From: an uncultured Rhodobacteraceae bacterium
GTDB taxonomy: Bacteria; Pseudomonadota; Alphaproteobacteria; Rhodobacterales; Rhodobacteraceae
DNA: 33,616 bases
Direction: 5' to 3'
Assembly (NCBI GenBank): GCA_938038825.1
Contig: CALHST010000150.1
Location: 1-33,616, forward strand
Numbering within the stretch: the first letter of the stretch is position 1; each line of letters starts with the position of its first letter. Both the position numbers and the translations under genes were made by a program. Under the pieces are notes generated by a model, which worked only from the letters and a program-made list of their open reading frames with translations, was not told where the DNA came from and did not search any database. Shown here piece after piece: positions 9,295-19,048 of the stretch.

Positions 9295-10332
9295 TTACCA
9301 ATCTCCTCGAAACATCAACCCCAAATCGATTAATTGCTCTGATCCTTGGTACTGAACTGCGTCAGCGTTCCACAAATCAGGACTGGCCTGCAACGCTTCA
9401 TAATAGTCAGCGTACCGTGTTCCAACTTGAAAATGCTCGTCGCGCGCACTTTCAACTCGGGCATGCTCTGCGGTGCCCGGTAAGAACTTTGTATGTAATA
9501 ACACACCGCTGACCGGCACTGCCCATGTGTGATTAAGGTGCCCCGGAAGTGCAGAATGGCATGAATTTACAAAGGCATAGCTGCGATCCCAATAAACCAG
9601 CGGGATTTTGTTCAGCGTGGGAGCACGATCTGGGTCTTCGGGAAAAAAGTGGCGCGCCCGAACACCGCCTTGCAGCCAAAGATTGTCCAGTTTCGGTTGG
9701 CGTTGTCCCCAATACCCATAGGCATCAAACCATGACACGACTTCTAACGGGTTTTGGCCCGGAAGATAACTTTGCGCATCAGGAGAGCCTTTTGGGAACA
9801 TATCCAGCATCAATGCCCCCATTTTCCGATGCCCTTGTGACGTAAGCCACGCTGTCAGCTCGGGTAATTTGCGGGTGTCGTGATCAGGATACACCAGCAA
9901 TTCGTCCGCATCCGCGACCACGCACCAATGACGATGTGCATGTTTTCGCTGTAGCCAATTCAACCAATCGACCCCAAATCGGGAAGCACGGTAGCTTGCG
10001 TCAGCTTTGTACAGCGTGACATCTGGTTGTTCAGACAAAAGATCAGCACTGTCATCCGTGCTGGCGTTGTCGACTATGAAGAAGTGATCAACACCCAAGG
10101 CACGGTAATGCTGCAGAAAAAAGGGCAGTCGTACGGATTCGTTGCGCAGTGTTGTAAAACACAAGATCGAACCTGGTTTGATGGATTGACGACGATCCGA
10201 CACCAAGCAGAGCTCTCGCCGCTTACGGAACGCGCGCCACAATAGACGCTTGCGTATGAGTCGGCGGCGGTAGCGCAAAATCAGAGAAGCACCTTGCGTT
10301 GTCGTGCCTGTTTTGGTGCCATTTTCAGGCAT
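9295..10332 (-). CDS. GT2-family glycosyltransferase, paralog of 8114..9124
   Basis: RNE...HYRALGVDHFFIVDNASTDDS, WCVVADADEL, LLHTKFL. Start codon uncertain. Confidence 0.86.
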   Translation of the reverse strand: MPENGTKTGTTTQGASLILRYRRRLIRKRLLWRAFRKRRELCLVSDRRQSIKPGSILCFTTLRNESVRLPFFLQHYRALGVDHFFIVDNASTDDSADLLSEQPDVTLYKADASYRASRFGVDWLNWLQRKHAHRHWCVVADADELLVYPDHDTRKLPELTAWLTSQGHRKMGALMLDMFPKGSPDAQSYLPGQNPLEVVSWFDAYGYWGQRQPKLDNLWLQGGVRARHFFPEDPDRAPTLNKIPLVYWDRSYAFVNSCHSALPGHLNHTWAVPVSGVLLHTKFLPGTAEHARVESARDEHFQVGTRYADYYEALQASPDLWNADAVQYQGSEQLIDLGLMFRGDW

Positions 10333-10524
10333 CGGAAATCTTATCCTTCATCGTCCGACATGGTCGCGTCAATGCAAGTTCAGTCCTTGGACCCAAAGTC
10401 TTGCATCAGTTTTGTGTAAGCGCCAGTCCCAGGAGCCCCTTTGATGATCAAGTCGCCCTATTCACTTCCGTTCAGAAGGGGATAAATCGATCCGAAAACT
10501 GATTTCACTAAAGGGAACAACTTT

Positions 10525-10556
10525 TCACAGGGCAACCAATGATGCGTGCCCTGTGA
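10525..10556. terminator. 10-bp perfect stem-loop downstream of galU (terminator or 3' stabiliser)
   Basis: TCACAGGGCA-N12-TGCCCTGTGA, 30 bp past the galU stop. No U-tract on the minus strand. Confidence 0.45.
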
Positions 10557-10586
10557 TCTGCCGGAAAGGATCTGAAGAACTGGGAA

Positions 10587-11480
10587 TTACTCCGCAGCTT
10601 GGCCCATAGTCACCACGTCCTGCAAATAGCCAAACAGGTCATCGCGCAAATCGTCACGTGCCAACCCAAAGGCAACTGTCGCCTGCAGGAAACCAGACTT
10701 AGATCCGCAATCAAACCGTTGGCCCCGGAACCGATAACCATAAACACCATTGTTCTGTGCAATTTCAGCTGCAATTGCGTCTGTCAGCTGGATCTCTCCG
10801 CCCGCACCTTCTTTGATGCTGTTCAGGTTTTTAAGAACATTTGGTGACAGGATATAACGACCAATTACCGCAAGATTAGACGGTGCTTTGTCGGCTGGCG
10901 GCTTTTCGACCATACCATTGACAGACACCAGCGACCCCATATCTTCCCGCACATCAAGAACACCGTAAGAACTGGTCTTTTCTTGAGGAACTTCCATCGC
11001 TGCAACCATAGAACCCCCCGTTTCTGCATAGGCTTCCACCATCTGCTTGAGGCACGGTTTTTCCGCCGCAATAACGTCATCAGGCAGAATAACTGCAAAG
11101 GGTTCATCGCCGATCAAACGCCGCGCGCACCAAACTGCATGACCCAAACCCAAGGCCTTGTGTTGGCGGATATACGCAATGGCACCGCTGTCCATGTTGG
11201 TCGCTTCCAACGCTTCCAACAGGTCTGGCTTATTCTTGCGACGCAGTTCCTGTTCCAGCGTGGGGGAATGGTCGAAATAGTCTTCCAAGGCGCCTTTTCC
11301 TCGGGACGTCACAAAGATGAATTCGGTGATTCCGGCTTCCCGCGCTTCGTCAATGGCATATTGGATCAAAGGACGATCGACCAAAGTCATGATTTCTTTA
11401 GGAACGGATTTGGTCGCTGGCAAAAATCGTGTCCCCAGTCCTGCAACTGGGAAAATTGCCTTTGTCACCTTTGTTTGCAT
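10587..11480 (-). CDS. galU: UTP--glucose-1-phosphate uridylyltransferase
   Basis: KAIFPVAGLGTRFLPATKSVPKE, LGLGHAVWCA, VEKP, GEIQLTDAI, RFDCGSKSG. Confidence 0.97.
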   Translation of the reverse strand: MQTKVTKAIFPVAGLGTRFLPATKSVPKEIMTLVDRPLIQYAIDEAREAGITEFIFVTSRGKGALEDYFDHSPTLEQELRRKNKPDLLEALEATNMDSGAIAYIRQHKALGLGHAVWCARRLIGDEPFAVILPDDVIAAEKPCLKQMVEAYAETGGSMVAAMEVPQEKTSSYGVLDVREDMGSLVSVNGMVEKPPADKAPSNLAVIGRYILSPNVLKNLNSIKEGAGGEIQLTDAIAAEIAQNNGVYGYRFRGQRFDCGSKSGFLQATVAFGLARDDLRDDLFGYLQDVVTMGQAAE

Positions 11481-11762
11481 ATTCTTTCCTCAAGCTCCCA
11501 AGGATCGTTGCCTTAGGTCTATTCTTCTCAGATATCCGCGAGACATCTTTACACATTCTGGTGTGTAGTCGCTAAAAAAGGCTAAAATTATGGCACTTTC
11601 TGGGAAACCGTAAACAATCCTGACTTAGTTGCGCAGATTGTCGATAGCATTGTTAGCCTCACACACTTCAAAAATGCAGCCAGTCTTTCTAAGGCCCGGC
11701 CACCCACCAATTCTTTCACCATGCCTTTCAGCACAAATGTAACTTACATGTAAACTACGAGA

Positions 11763-11778
11763 TGTGACTGGTCTCACA
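11763..11778. promoter_or_regulatory. CRP-type palindrome TGTGA-N6-TCACA
   Basis: TGTGA-CTGGTC-TCACA is an exact match to the CRP consensus, in the 388-bp kdsB-galU spacer. Confidence 0.45.
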
Positions 11779-11868
11779 AGGAGACATTTCACCCAAAATT
11801 CACCGTAACGCACAATCAAACTGTGCCACAAAGCCGTTGATGTTCAAAGGTATGGAATCCCGTGACTG

Positions 11869-12666
11869 TTATTCGACGCCCATTTGAGCCATCATTTGCT
11901 CAAGTCGGGGTACATCTGCCGGGTTGTTAAGCTCCCAAAACAACCGATCTCGTGCGTCGACTTCGACACACAACACAGTATGTCCGTTTTCCATAAAGCG
12001 TAGCTGCTCCAAGCCTTCCAGCATCTCCAACGGCCCAACAGGCCATGTTGGATAATTCCGCAGCGCAGAAGGTCGGTATGCATAGACGCCCACATGATGA
12101 AAAACGGGTGTATCTTCTGTATCCGCATAGGTTTTGGACGTGAACGGTATGACTTCCTTGGAAAAATACAATCCGCGCCTCTGTTGATCAAAGACAGCAG
12201 TTGTTCCGCCGACACGGCCTGCTTTTCTGTCAGCAAGAAACCCGTTCAACGCCGCCCCATCGCACCGCAAAACAGGCGTTGCCACATCTGCCTCTGGCGC
12301 ATTTTTCAACGCATCCACCAAAGCTTCTACAAACCAGGATGGCGTCAATGGCGCGTCCCCTTGAAGGTTCACGACGATATCGAACCCCTGCAAATGCTCT
12401 TGAACTTCAGCGCAGCGCTCCGTTCCGTTCTGGCACGCGGATGACGTCATGATGACTTCTGCGCCAAAGGCCTCGGACGCTGATTTGATGCGTTCGTCAT
12501 CGGTGGCGACAACCACACGATCCACACCCTTCACGGATTGGGCGGCCATCCAACTGCGTTCTATTAGACTGCGTGCAACGCCAGACGCACCCGTCAAAGG
12601 CACCAAAGGTTTGCCCGGATATCGACTGGATTGATACCGTGCGGGGATTGCAATCAAAACACTCAT
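11869..12666 (-). CDS. kdsB: CMP-Kdo synthetase (3-deoxy-manno-octulosonate cytidylyltransferase)
   Basis: IPARYQSSRYPGKPL, NGTERCAE, VVNLQGDAP, HHVGVYAY, EGLEQLRFMENG. ATGA overlap with cysQ. Confidence 0.95.
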   Translation of the reverse strand: MSVLIAIPARYQSSRYPGKPLVPLTGASGVARSLIERSWMAAQSVKGVDRVVVATDDERIKSASEAFGAEVIMTSSACQNGTERCAEVQEHLQGFDIVVNLQGDAPLTPSWFVEALVDALKNAPEADVATPVLRCDGAALNGFLADRKAGRVGGTTAVFDQQRRGLYFSKEVIPFTSKTYADTEDTPVFHHVGVYAYRPSALRNYPTWPVGPLEMLEGLEQLRFMENGHTVLCVEVDARDRLFWELNNPADVPRLEQMMAQMGVE

Positions 12667-13460
12667 GCTGGTTTCAAGTCCACTGTAGGAGAGGCCGCAA
12701 TAAAGAACGGATTTTCATAGCCCTCTTTGCCATATTCCAAGGGTTGCAAGGTCTCGAATCTCACAACATCCCCACCAGCACCTTTCAGCACGGCATGACC
12801 CGCAGCTGTATCCCATTCCATGGTGCGACCAAGGCGTGGGTAAAGATCCGCTTCGCCAGTTGCCACCAGACAAAATTTCAAAGACGATCCAGCGCTTTTC
12901 ATATCTTTGACTGCGTATTTACCGATGTAGTCATCCGTCGCCTGATCCCGATGTGACTTTGACGCCACCACCATCAATGCAGTGTTGTCACTGTTCCACA
13001 CTTGGATGGCCTGTATGTCACCAACTTTTTCTGCGTCAAATGGGCCAATCTCTTCTACCGAGACCCCATCCGCTTGGGTGAAAAACATCCGATCTTTGGC
13101 CGGGGCATACACAACCCCCCTCGTCGGCGTGCCGCTTTCCACTAATGCAATGTTAACCGTGAAGTCACCACGCCGATGAATGAATTCTTTTGTACCGTCC
13201 AATGGATCCACGATCAAAAAAGTGTCGCCAGTCAGTTTGTGGCTCGCGGCTTGCTCTTCTGTTACCAACATCACATCTGGAAATGCAGCCCGCAAACCAG
13301 CTGAAATAATGTCATCCGCAGCCTTGTCTGCACGTGTAACCGGACTGTCGTCAGATTTGGACTCGACACCGAAATCATCCGACCCATACACCTCCATGAT
13401 CGCATCACCCGCTTTCAAGGCGAGTTGCCGCATAACAATGGTCAGCTTTTTGTAATCCAC
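12663..13460 (-). CDS. cysQ: 3'(2'),5'-bisphosphate nucleotidase (PAP phosphatase)
   Basis: KSDDSPVTRAD, IVDPLDGTKEFI, GSSLKFCLVATGEADLYPR, TMEWDTAAGHA. GTG at 13460 is the probable start. Confidence 0.95.
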   Translation of the reverse strand: MDYKKLTIVMRQLALKAGDAIMEVYGSDDFGVESKSDDSPVTRADKAADDIISAGLRAAFPDVMLVTEEQAASHKLTGDTFLIVDPLDGTKEFIHRRGDFTVNIALVESGTPTRGVVYAPAKDRMFFTQADGVSVEEIGPFDAEKVGDIQAIQVWNSDNTALMVVASKSHRDQATDDYIGKYAVKDMKSAGSSLKFCLVATGEADLYPRLGRTMEWDTAAGHAVLKGAGGDVVRFETLQPLEYGKEGYENPFFIAASPTVDLKPA

Positions 13461-13571
13461 TGTGAGAGTCACTTTCATTGATCGAAACTACTATTCGCGT
13501 TATGGTTTGGAACTAACGGAACAGCAAGAATTCCGTGCGATGACATAATAAACTAGCTTGAGGCCAAAGCG

Positions 13572-14402
13572 ATGTTTCAGTTCGAAAGCGGACGCAAACC
13601 CCGAACCGGGTTGGGTATCGCCGTCAATATAGCTGAGTTGATTTATCACTCAATTGTTCGGTCTGTTCGCAGGCAACACAACAATGCGTTCATCGCAATT
13701 GGTATGAACATGCTGCAAGCCGTCATGTTTGTACTGGCGTTCTATGTCATGTTTTCTGTCCTCGGGCTGCGCGGGGCCACCATCCGTGGCGACTTTTTGA
13801 TCTACATTATGTCAGGGATTTTCCTGTACATGACCCACACCAAATCGTTGGGCGCTGTCCTCGGGGCCGAAGGCCCTGCCAGCCCCATGATGCAGCATGC
13901 GCCGATGAATACAGTGATTGCCATCATGTCTGCCGCATTCGGTGCACTTTACATTCAAACTTTGTCCCTTGTGATGATCTTGTTTATCTATCACGTGGCC
14001 GTCACCCCGTTTGACTTGGAACAACCGTTCCAAGCCTATGGTATGTTGCTGATCGCTTGGTTTACCGGATGTGCACTTGGACTTGTTCTTCTGGCAATTA
14101 AGCCTTGGTTTCCAACATTTGTCTCAATATTCTCAACAGTTTATCAGCGCGCGAACATGATCGCATCTGGCAAAATGTTTGTCGCCAATACGCTACCAAG
14201 CTTCATGCTTGCGATGTTCGATTGGAATCCCCTGTTCCACGCGATTGACCAAGCGCGGGGTTTTGTCTTTATCAACTACAACCCACGTTATTCATCATGG
14301 GAGTATCCTTTGCTGCTTGGCGTCATCTTGGTCATGGTTGGGCTTATGGGCGAATTCTACACCCGCAAAAATGCATCTTTGTCTTGGGGCGCGCGCCGCT
14401 AA
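13572..14402 (+). CDS. ABC-2 type polysaccharide export permease (KpsM/Wzm-like)
   Basis: About six hydrophobic segments and the WNPLFHAIDQARG motif; divergent from cysQ-kdsB. Confidence 0.78.
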   Translation: MFQFESGRKPRTGLGIAVNIAELIYHSIVRSVRRQHNNAFIAIGMNMLQAVMFVLAFYVMFSVLGLRGATIRGDFLIYIMSGIFLYMTHTKSLGAVLGAEGPASPMMQHAPMNTVIAIMSAAFGALYIQTLSLVMILFIYHVAVTPFDLEQPFQAYGMLLIAWFTGCALGLVLLAIKPWFPTFVSIFSTVYQRANMIASGKMFVANTLPSFMLAMFDWNPLFHAIDQARGFVFINYNPRYSSWEYPLLLGVILVMVGLMGEFYTRKNASLSWGARR

Positions 14403-14443
14403 CCAACCTTTGCGATAGCGTCATTTCAACGCATGTCGCGTCG

Positions 14444-15046
14444 TCAGGTCACTACGCGCATAGTCAAATTAATGCGCCCGCCATTGGACAACAGAGAAGA
14501 CGATCCAAATCGAATGCGGTCCACCCCGTGATAGGTCAAACGCGCGTTACCCCCCATCACCATCACATCACCGCTTTCCAACCACATCGACTCTGTCTTG
14601 CCGCCTCGCGTGGTATTCCCAATCCGAAACAGCGCAGCGTCCCCCAAAGAAACCGACACAACAGGCCAATCGAAACTCGCTTCATCTTTGTCTTGATGCA
14701 AACCCATCTTGGCCGAATCTTCGTAAAAGTTGATCAAACAGCACTCGGGCAGGCGATCTACACCGGACACACGACGCCAGATATCCAAAGCCCCGGCGGG
14801 AATTTCAGGCCAAGATGATCCAGAGGGGTGCTTGTCCACATAGCGATAGCCCGTTCGATCCGAGTACCATCCAAAATCGCCAGCCGAGGTCATCCGAACT
14901 GTCATCGGTTTTCCATAGGGTGTCTGGGGCGAAAACAACGGCGCAACGCGAAGAACGTTGCGCAAATCGGACACAAGAGATTTCTGTGCACCGGTGTCTA
15001 AAAACCCACGATACCACTGAAACCCACGTACATTCAGAACTGTCAT
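14444..15046 (-). CDS. alkB: AlkB alpha-ketoglutarate-dependent dioxygenase
   Basis: GWYSDRTGYRY, CLINFY, MGLHQDKDE (HxD), YHGV, RINLTMR. Start at ATG 15046 or GTG 15067. Confidence 0.93.
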   Translation of the reverse strand: MTVLNVRGFQWYRGFLDTGAQKSLVSDLRNVLRVAPLFSPQTPYGKPMTVRMTSAGDFGWYSDRTGYRYVDKHPSGSSWPEIPAGALDIWRRVSGVDRLPECCLINFYEDSAKMGLHQDKDEASFDWPVVSVSLGDAALFRIGNTTRGGKTESMWLESGDVMVMGGNARLTYHGVDRIRFGSSSLLSNGGRINLTMRVVT

Positions 15047-15085
15047 GGCCCAGATTCTGCCTTTCACCCACGTTTTCAGCGAAAA

Positions 15086-15093
15086 TTAACCAT
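15086..15093 (+). promoter_or_regulatory. CtrA half-site TTAACCAT
   Basis: Exact TTAACCAT in the alkB/dnaK divergent spacer. Confidence 0.35.
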
Positions 15094-15111
15094 AACTACC
15101 CTATCGCTACG

Positions 15112-15140
15112 CTTGCAGGGGCCAATTCCCACCCCTATAT
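15112..15140 (+). promoter_or_regulatory. RpoH (sigma32) promoter of dnaK
   Basis: CTTG-N18-CCTATAT matches the alphaproteobacterial heat-shock promoter consensus, about 120 bp upstream of dnaK. Confidence 0.75.
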
Positions 15141-15258
15141 ACCGTCCGAACCGCGGAATGCCTATCGTGGCTACCGTGCTCAACCCCACCCGGGGCAATG
15201 GTGCCATAATGGGCCAACGCCTCGAGACATCGCCTACTGAGTAAGAGGGATCGAAAAC

Positions 15259-17172
15259 ATGGCTAAAGTCATTGGTATTGACCTTGGTACCACCAACTCC
15301 TGTATCGCTATTATGGATGGCTCCCAGCCACGCGTAATTGAAAACGCTGAAGGCGCGCGGACAACACCGTCTATTGTTGCTTTCACCGAAAACGAACGCC
15401 TTGTTGGCCAGCCTGCAAAACGCCAGGCCGTGACCAACCCAGATAACACCGTGTTTGGTGTAAAACGTCTGATTGGCCGTCGGGACGATGATCCCAACTT
15501 GCAAAAAGACAAAAAAAACCTGCCGTTCACAGTGATTGATGGTGGAAACGGCGACGCATGGGTGGAAGCCCGTGGAGAAAAGTATTCGCCTTCCCAAATC
15601 TCTGCGTTCATCTTGGGCAAAATGAAAGAGACAGCGGAAAGCTATCTCGGCGAAGACGTGACGCAAGCTGTGATCACCGTTCCCGCATATTTCAATGACG
15701 CGCAACGCCAGGCAACCAAAGACGCCGGCAAAATTGCTGGCCTTGAAGTTCTGCGGATCATCAACGAACCAACAGCTGCGGCGCTGGCCTATGGATTGGA
15801 CAAAGAAACATCCCAAACCATCGCTGTCTATGACCTTGGCGGCGGTACGTTCGATGTGACCATCCTTGAAATCGACGACGGCCTGTTCGAAGTGAAGTCC
15901 ACCAATGGGGATACGTTCCTGGGTGGTGAAGATTTCGACATGCGCATCGTGAACTACCTTGCGGACCAGTTCAAAAAGGAAAACGGCGTCGATCTGACCA
16001 AAGACAAGATGGCATTACAGCGCCTGAAAGAGGCCGCCGAAAAAGCCAAGATCGAACTTTCCAGCGCAAACCAGACCGAGATCAACCAACCGTTTATCTC
16101 GATGGACCCCAACGGCGGCCAGCCTTTGCACATGGTCATGAAATTGACCCGTGCCAAGCTGGAACAGCTGGTTGGTGATCTGATCAAAGCGTCTATGAAA
16201 CCATGCGCCGCTGCGTTGAAAGACGCGGGCATTTCGGCAAGCGAAATCGACGAAGTTGTTTTGGTTGGCGGGATGACCCGTATGCCAAAAGTGGTCGAAG
16301 AAGTGACCAAGTTCTTCGGGAAAGAGCCGCATAAAGGTGTGAACCCAGACGAAGTTGTGGCCATGGGTGCTGCAATTCAAGCTGGCGTTCTGCAAGGCGA
16401 TGTCAAAGACGTTGTTCTTTTGGACGTCACGCCATTGTCATTGGGTATCGAAACCTTGGGCGGCGTGTTCACACGCTTGATCGACCGCAACACGACAATC
16501 CCAACAAAGAAAAGCCAAGTCTTTTCGACAGCCGAAGACAACCAGAACGCGGTGACCATCCGGGTGTTCCAAGGCGAACGGGAAATGGCGGCGGACAACA
16601 AAATGTTGGGGGCTTTCAACCTTGAAAACATCCCGCCATCTCCGCGCGGTATGCCCCAGATCGAAGTGACCTTTGACATCGACGCAAACGGCATTGTGTC
16701 CGTTGGCGCCATGGATAAAGGCACCGGGAAAGAGCAAAAGATCACCATCCAAGCATCCGGTGGTCTGTCTGACTCTGATATTGACCAAATGGTGAAAGAC
16801 GCGGAAGACAACGCCGAGGCGGATAAAGAACGCCGCGAAAGTGTCGAATCCCGCAACCAAGCAGAAAGCTTGATCCATTCAACCGAAAAGTCTGTGGAAG
16901 AACACGGCGACAAAGTGGATCCGTCCACCATCGAAGTAATCGAACTGTCGATTGCTGCGTTGAAAGACGATTTGGAAAACGAAGACACACCGTCTGAGAA
17001 GATCAAATCTGGTATCCAAAACGTCACCGAAGCAGCCATGAAACTGGGCGAGGCGATCTACAAATCCTCGCAAGAAGAGGCTGGTGAAGAACCATCTGCA
17101 GCAGATGCAGGTCCTGGTGACGATGATATCGTAGATGCCGAGTTCGAAGATCTGGACGGCGACAAGCGCTGA
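15259..17172 (+). CDS. dnaK: Chaperone DnaK (Hsp70)
   Basis: [38 protein letters not shown]-terminal [11 protein letters not shown]. Confidence 0.99.
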   Translation: MAKVIGIDLGTTNSCIAIMDGSQPRVIENAEGARTTPSIVAFTENERLVGQPAKRQAVTNPDNTVFGVKRLIGRRDDDPNLQKDKKNLPFTVIDGGNGDAWVEARGEKYSPSQISAFILGKMKETAESYLGEDVTQAVITVPAYFNDAQRQATKDAGKIAGLEVLRIINEPTAAALAYGLDKETSQTIAVYDLGGGTFDVTILEIDDGLFEVKSTNGDTFLGGEDFDMRIVNYLADQFKKENGVDLTKDKMALQRLKEAAEKAKIELSSANQTEINQPFISMDPNGGQPLHMVMKLTRAKLEQLVGDLIKASMKPCAAALKDAGISASEIDEVVLVGGMTRMPKVVEEVTKFFGKEPHKGVNPDEVVAMGAAIQAGVLQGDVKDVVLLDVTPLSLGIETLGGVFTRLIDRNTTIPTKKSQVFSTAEDNQNAVTIRVFQGEREMAADNKMLGAFNLENIPPSPRGMPQIEVTFDIDANGIVSVGAMDKGTGKEQKITIQASGGLSDSDIDQMVKDAEDNAEADKERRESVESRNQAESLIHSTEKSVEEHGDKVDPSTIEVIELSIAALKDDLENEDTPSEKIKSGIQNVTEAAMKLGEAIYKSSQEEAGEEPSAADAGPGDDDIVDAEFEDLDGDKR

Positions 17173-17256
17173 TTGGCGGCTTGCTGCCTCGTGGAACCTA
17201 TCAGGGGCTGGTCTACATGGCTGGCCCTTTGACGTTCCGGAAAAGGGGAAAAACCC

Positions 17257-18423
17257 ATGTCCAAACGTGACTATTACGAAACGCTAGGGGTGTCTCAGGG
17301 CGCCACAGCGGATGAAATCAAGAAAGGCTTTCGCAAGAAGGCCAAAGAACTGCACCCTGACCGCAACGCGGATAATCCCAACGCGGAAGCGCAGTTCAAA
17401 GAAGCCAACGAAGCGTATGACGTCCTGAAAGACGCTGAAAAGAAGGCCGCATATGACCGTTATGGTCACGCGGCGTTCGAAGGCGGCACCGGGGCCAGTG
17501 CCGGGCGCGGCGGCAATCCCTTTGGGGGTGGCGGCCAGGGTGACTTTGGCTCTGCCTTCTCAGACGTTTTTGACGATCTGTTCGGCGACTTCATGGGTGG
17601 CCAACGCGGTGGCGGCGGCCGCAACCGGGCTTCGCGCGGGTCTGACTTGCGCTATAATCTGCAGATTGATTTGGAAGACGCTTTCAAAGGCATGTCCAAA
17701 ACGATCCAGGTTCCAGCTTCTGTCACATGTGACAGCTGTACCGGATCCGGCGCAGAAGGCGGCGCAGAGCCAACCTCTTGCCCGACATGTTCGGGAATGG
17801 GCAAGGTCCGTGCGCAACAAGGGTTCTTCACCGTTGAACGCACTTGCCCTACTTGTTCTGGAATGGGGCAAATCATCAGCAATCCGTGCAAATCCTGCCG
17901 GGGTGCTGGGCGCATCGAACGTGATCGTTCCCTGTCTGTGAACATCCCACCCGGCGTCGAAACTGGCACTCGGATTCGGCTTTCCGGCGAAGGGGAAGCG
18001 GGACTGCGGGGCGGACCGTCCGGCGATTTGTACATCTTTGTTGAAGTTGCTGCGCACGAGCTGTTTGAACGCGATGGCAACAACTTGTACTGCCGTGTCC
18101 CTGTATCCATGGCTTCGGCCGCGATGGGCGGGTCAATCGAAGTGCCTACAATTGACGGCGGTCGTGGCCGTGTTCAGATCCCGGCGGGCTCTCAATCCGG
18201 TCGCCAAATGCGTCTGCGTAGCAAAGGGATGCCTGCACTGCGAGGCGGCGCCGCTGGCGATATGTTCATCGAACTTGCCGTGGAGACACCCGTCAATCTC
18301 ACTGCGCGACAAAAAGAATTGTTGAAAGAGTTCGAGGAAATCTCGGCCCAAAACAACAACAACCCGGAAAGCTCCAGCTTCTTTTCCTCGGTAAAGAGCT
18401 TTTGGGATTCGATGAAAGGCTAA
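17257..18423 (+). CDS. dnaJ: Chaperone DnaJ
   Basis: J-domain HPD, G/F-rich region, four CxxCxGxG repeats. Confidence 0.99.
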   Translation: MSKRDYYETLGVSQGATADEIKKGFRKKAKELHPDRNADNPNAEAQFKEANEAYDVLKDAEKKAAYDRYGHAAFEGGTGASAGRGGNPFGGGGQGDFGSAFSDVFDDLFGDFMGGQRGGGGRNRASRGSDLRYNLQIDLEDAFKGMSKTIQVPASVTCDSCTGSGAEGGAEPTSCPTCSGMGKVRAQQGFFTVERTCPTCSGMGQIISNPCKSCRGAGRIERDRSLSVNIPPGVETGTRIRLSGEGEAGLRGGPSGDLYIFVEVAAHELFERDGNNLYCRVPVSMASAAMGGSIEVPTIDGGRGRVQIPAGSQSGRQMRLRSKGMPALRGGAAGDMFIELAVETPVNLTARQKELLKEFEEISAQNNNNPESSSFFSSVKSFWDSMKG

Positions 18424-18455
18424 ACCAGCCGCGCAAAATCGTGTAAGATTCGGGC

Positions 18456-19019
18456 ATGTCAAAAGAGATGCCCGAACACCCCTTTCCGGCAATTGCAGAG
18501 TCTGCAACTGTAAGGCTGAGACGCCTGCGTCCCACAGATCGCATACGATTCCAAGCTTACCGCAAACATCCTAGTGTCACCCAGTTTCAATCTTGGCCAG
18601 ACATGTCCAAGGTGGAAATGGACGGGTTCTTGTGGGCAATGTCCCAGTTAGAGACCCCTTTGCAACCCGGGAAATGGACACAAATCGCAATCGCGAGACC
18701 CGGGCCCGATACGCTGGTGGGTGATATGGGTTGGCATCTTTCGGACAGCATGTCCGAAGTAGAGCTGGGCGTCACAATTGATCCCATGCACCAACGAAAA
18801 GGTTATGCAGAGGCTGCGATGCGGATGGCCATGGCTGTTGTATTTTCCCGACCACAGGTCAACGCGGTGATTTGCGGAGCCGACCCGCGCAATACCGCGT
18901 CCTTGTCCCTGATCCGCAAAATTGGATTCACATTTACGCATCTTGACCCATCACCCATGGAAGAAGGCATCTTGGACGAGATGTTCGCAATGACCCGCAC
19001 GACGTTTGACGCACATTAA
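18456..19019 (+). CDS. RimJ/RimL-type GNAT N-acetyltransferase
   Basis: RLRRLRPTD, ELGVTIDPMHQRKGYAEAAM (acetyl-CoA motif A), RNTASLSLIRKIGF. Confidence 0.85.
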   Translation: MSKEMPEHPFPAIAESATVRLRRLRPTDRIRFQAYRKHPSVTQFQSWPDMSKVEMDGFLWAMSQLETPLQPGKWTQIAIARPGPDTLVGDMGWHLSDSMSEVELGVTIDPMHQRKGYAEAAMRMAMAVVFSRPQVNAVICGADPRNTASLSLIRKIGFTFTHLDPSPMEEGILDEMFAMTRTTFDAH

Positions 19020-19031
19020 CCAAACGGTAAC
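19016..19031 (+). promoter_or_regulatory. CtrA-like box upstream of radC
   Basis: TTAA-CCAAACG-GTAAC, one mismatch to TTAA-N7-TTAAC. Confidence 0.55.
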
Positions 19032-19048
19032 TCTGATCCGTCCATTAT

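Noticed and set aside
10441-10451. TTGAT-G-ATCAA as an FNR box
   Set aside because: The spacer is 1 nt rather than the required 4.
11588-11831. Short minus-strand ORFs in the kdsB-galU spacer (68 aa in the track; a 44-aa MVKELVGG... ORF)
   Set aside because: No recognisable motif, poor SD spacing and atypical composition.
15076-17039. Long ORFs antisense to dnaK (e.g. 15076..15816, 16377..17039)
   Set aside because: Known shadow ORFs of Hsp70 genes, the source of spurious 'NAD-specific glutamate dehydrogenase' annotations; they result from codon bias.
17175-17230. Hairpins between dnaK and dnaJ as a terminator
   Set aside because: Several G-U pairs and only a short T run; at most a pause or stability element.
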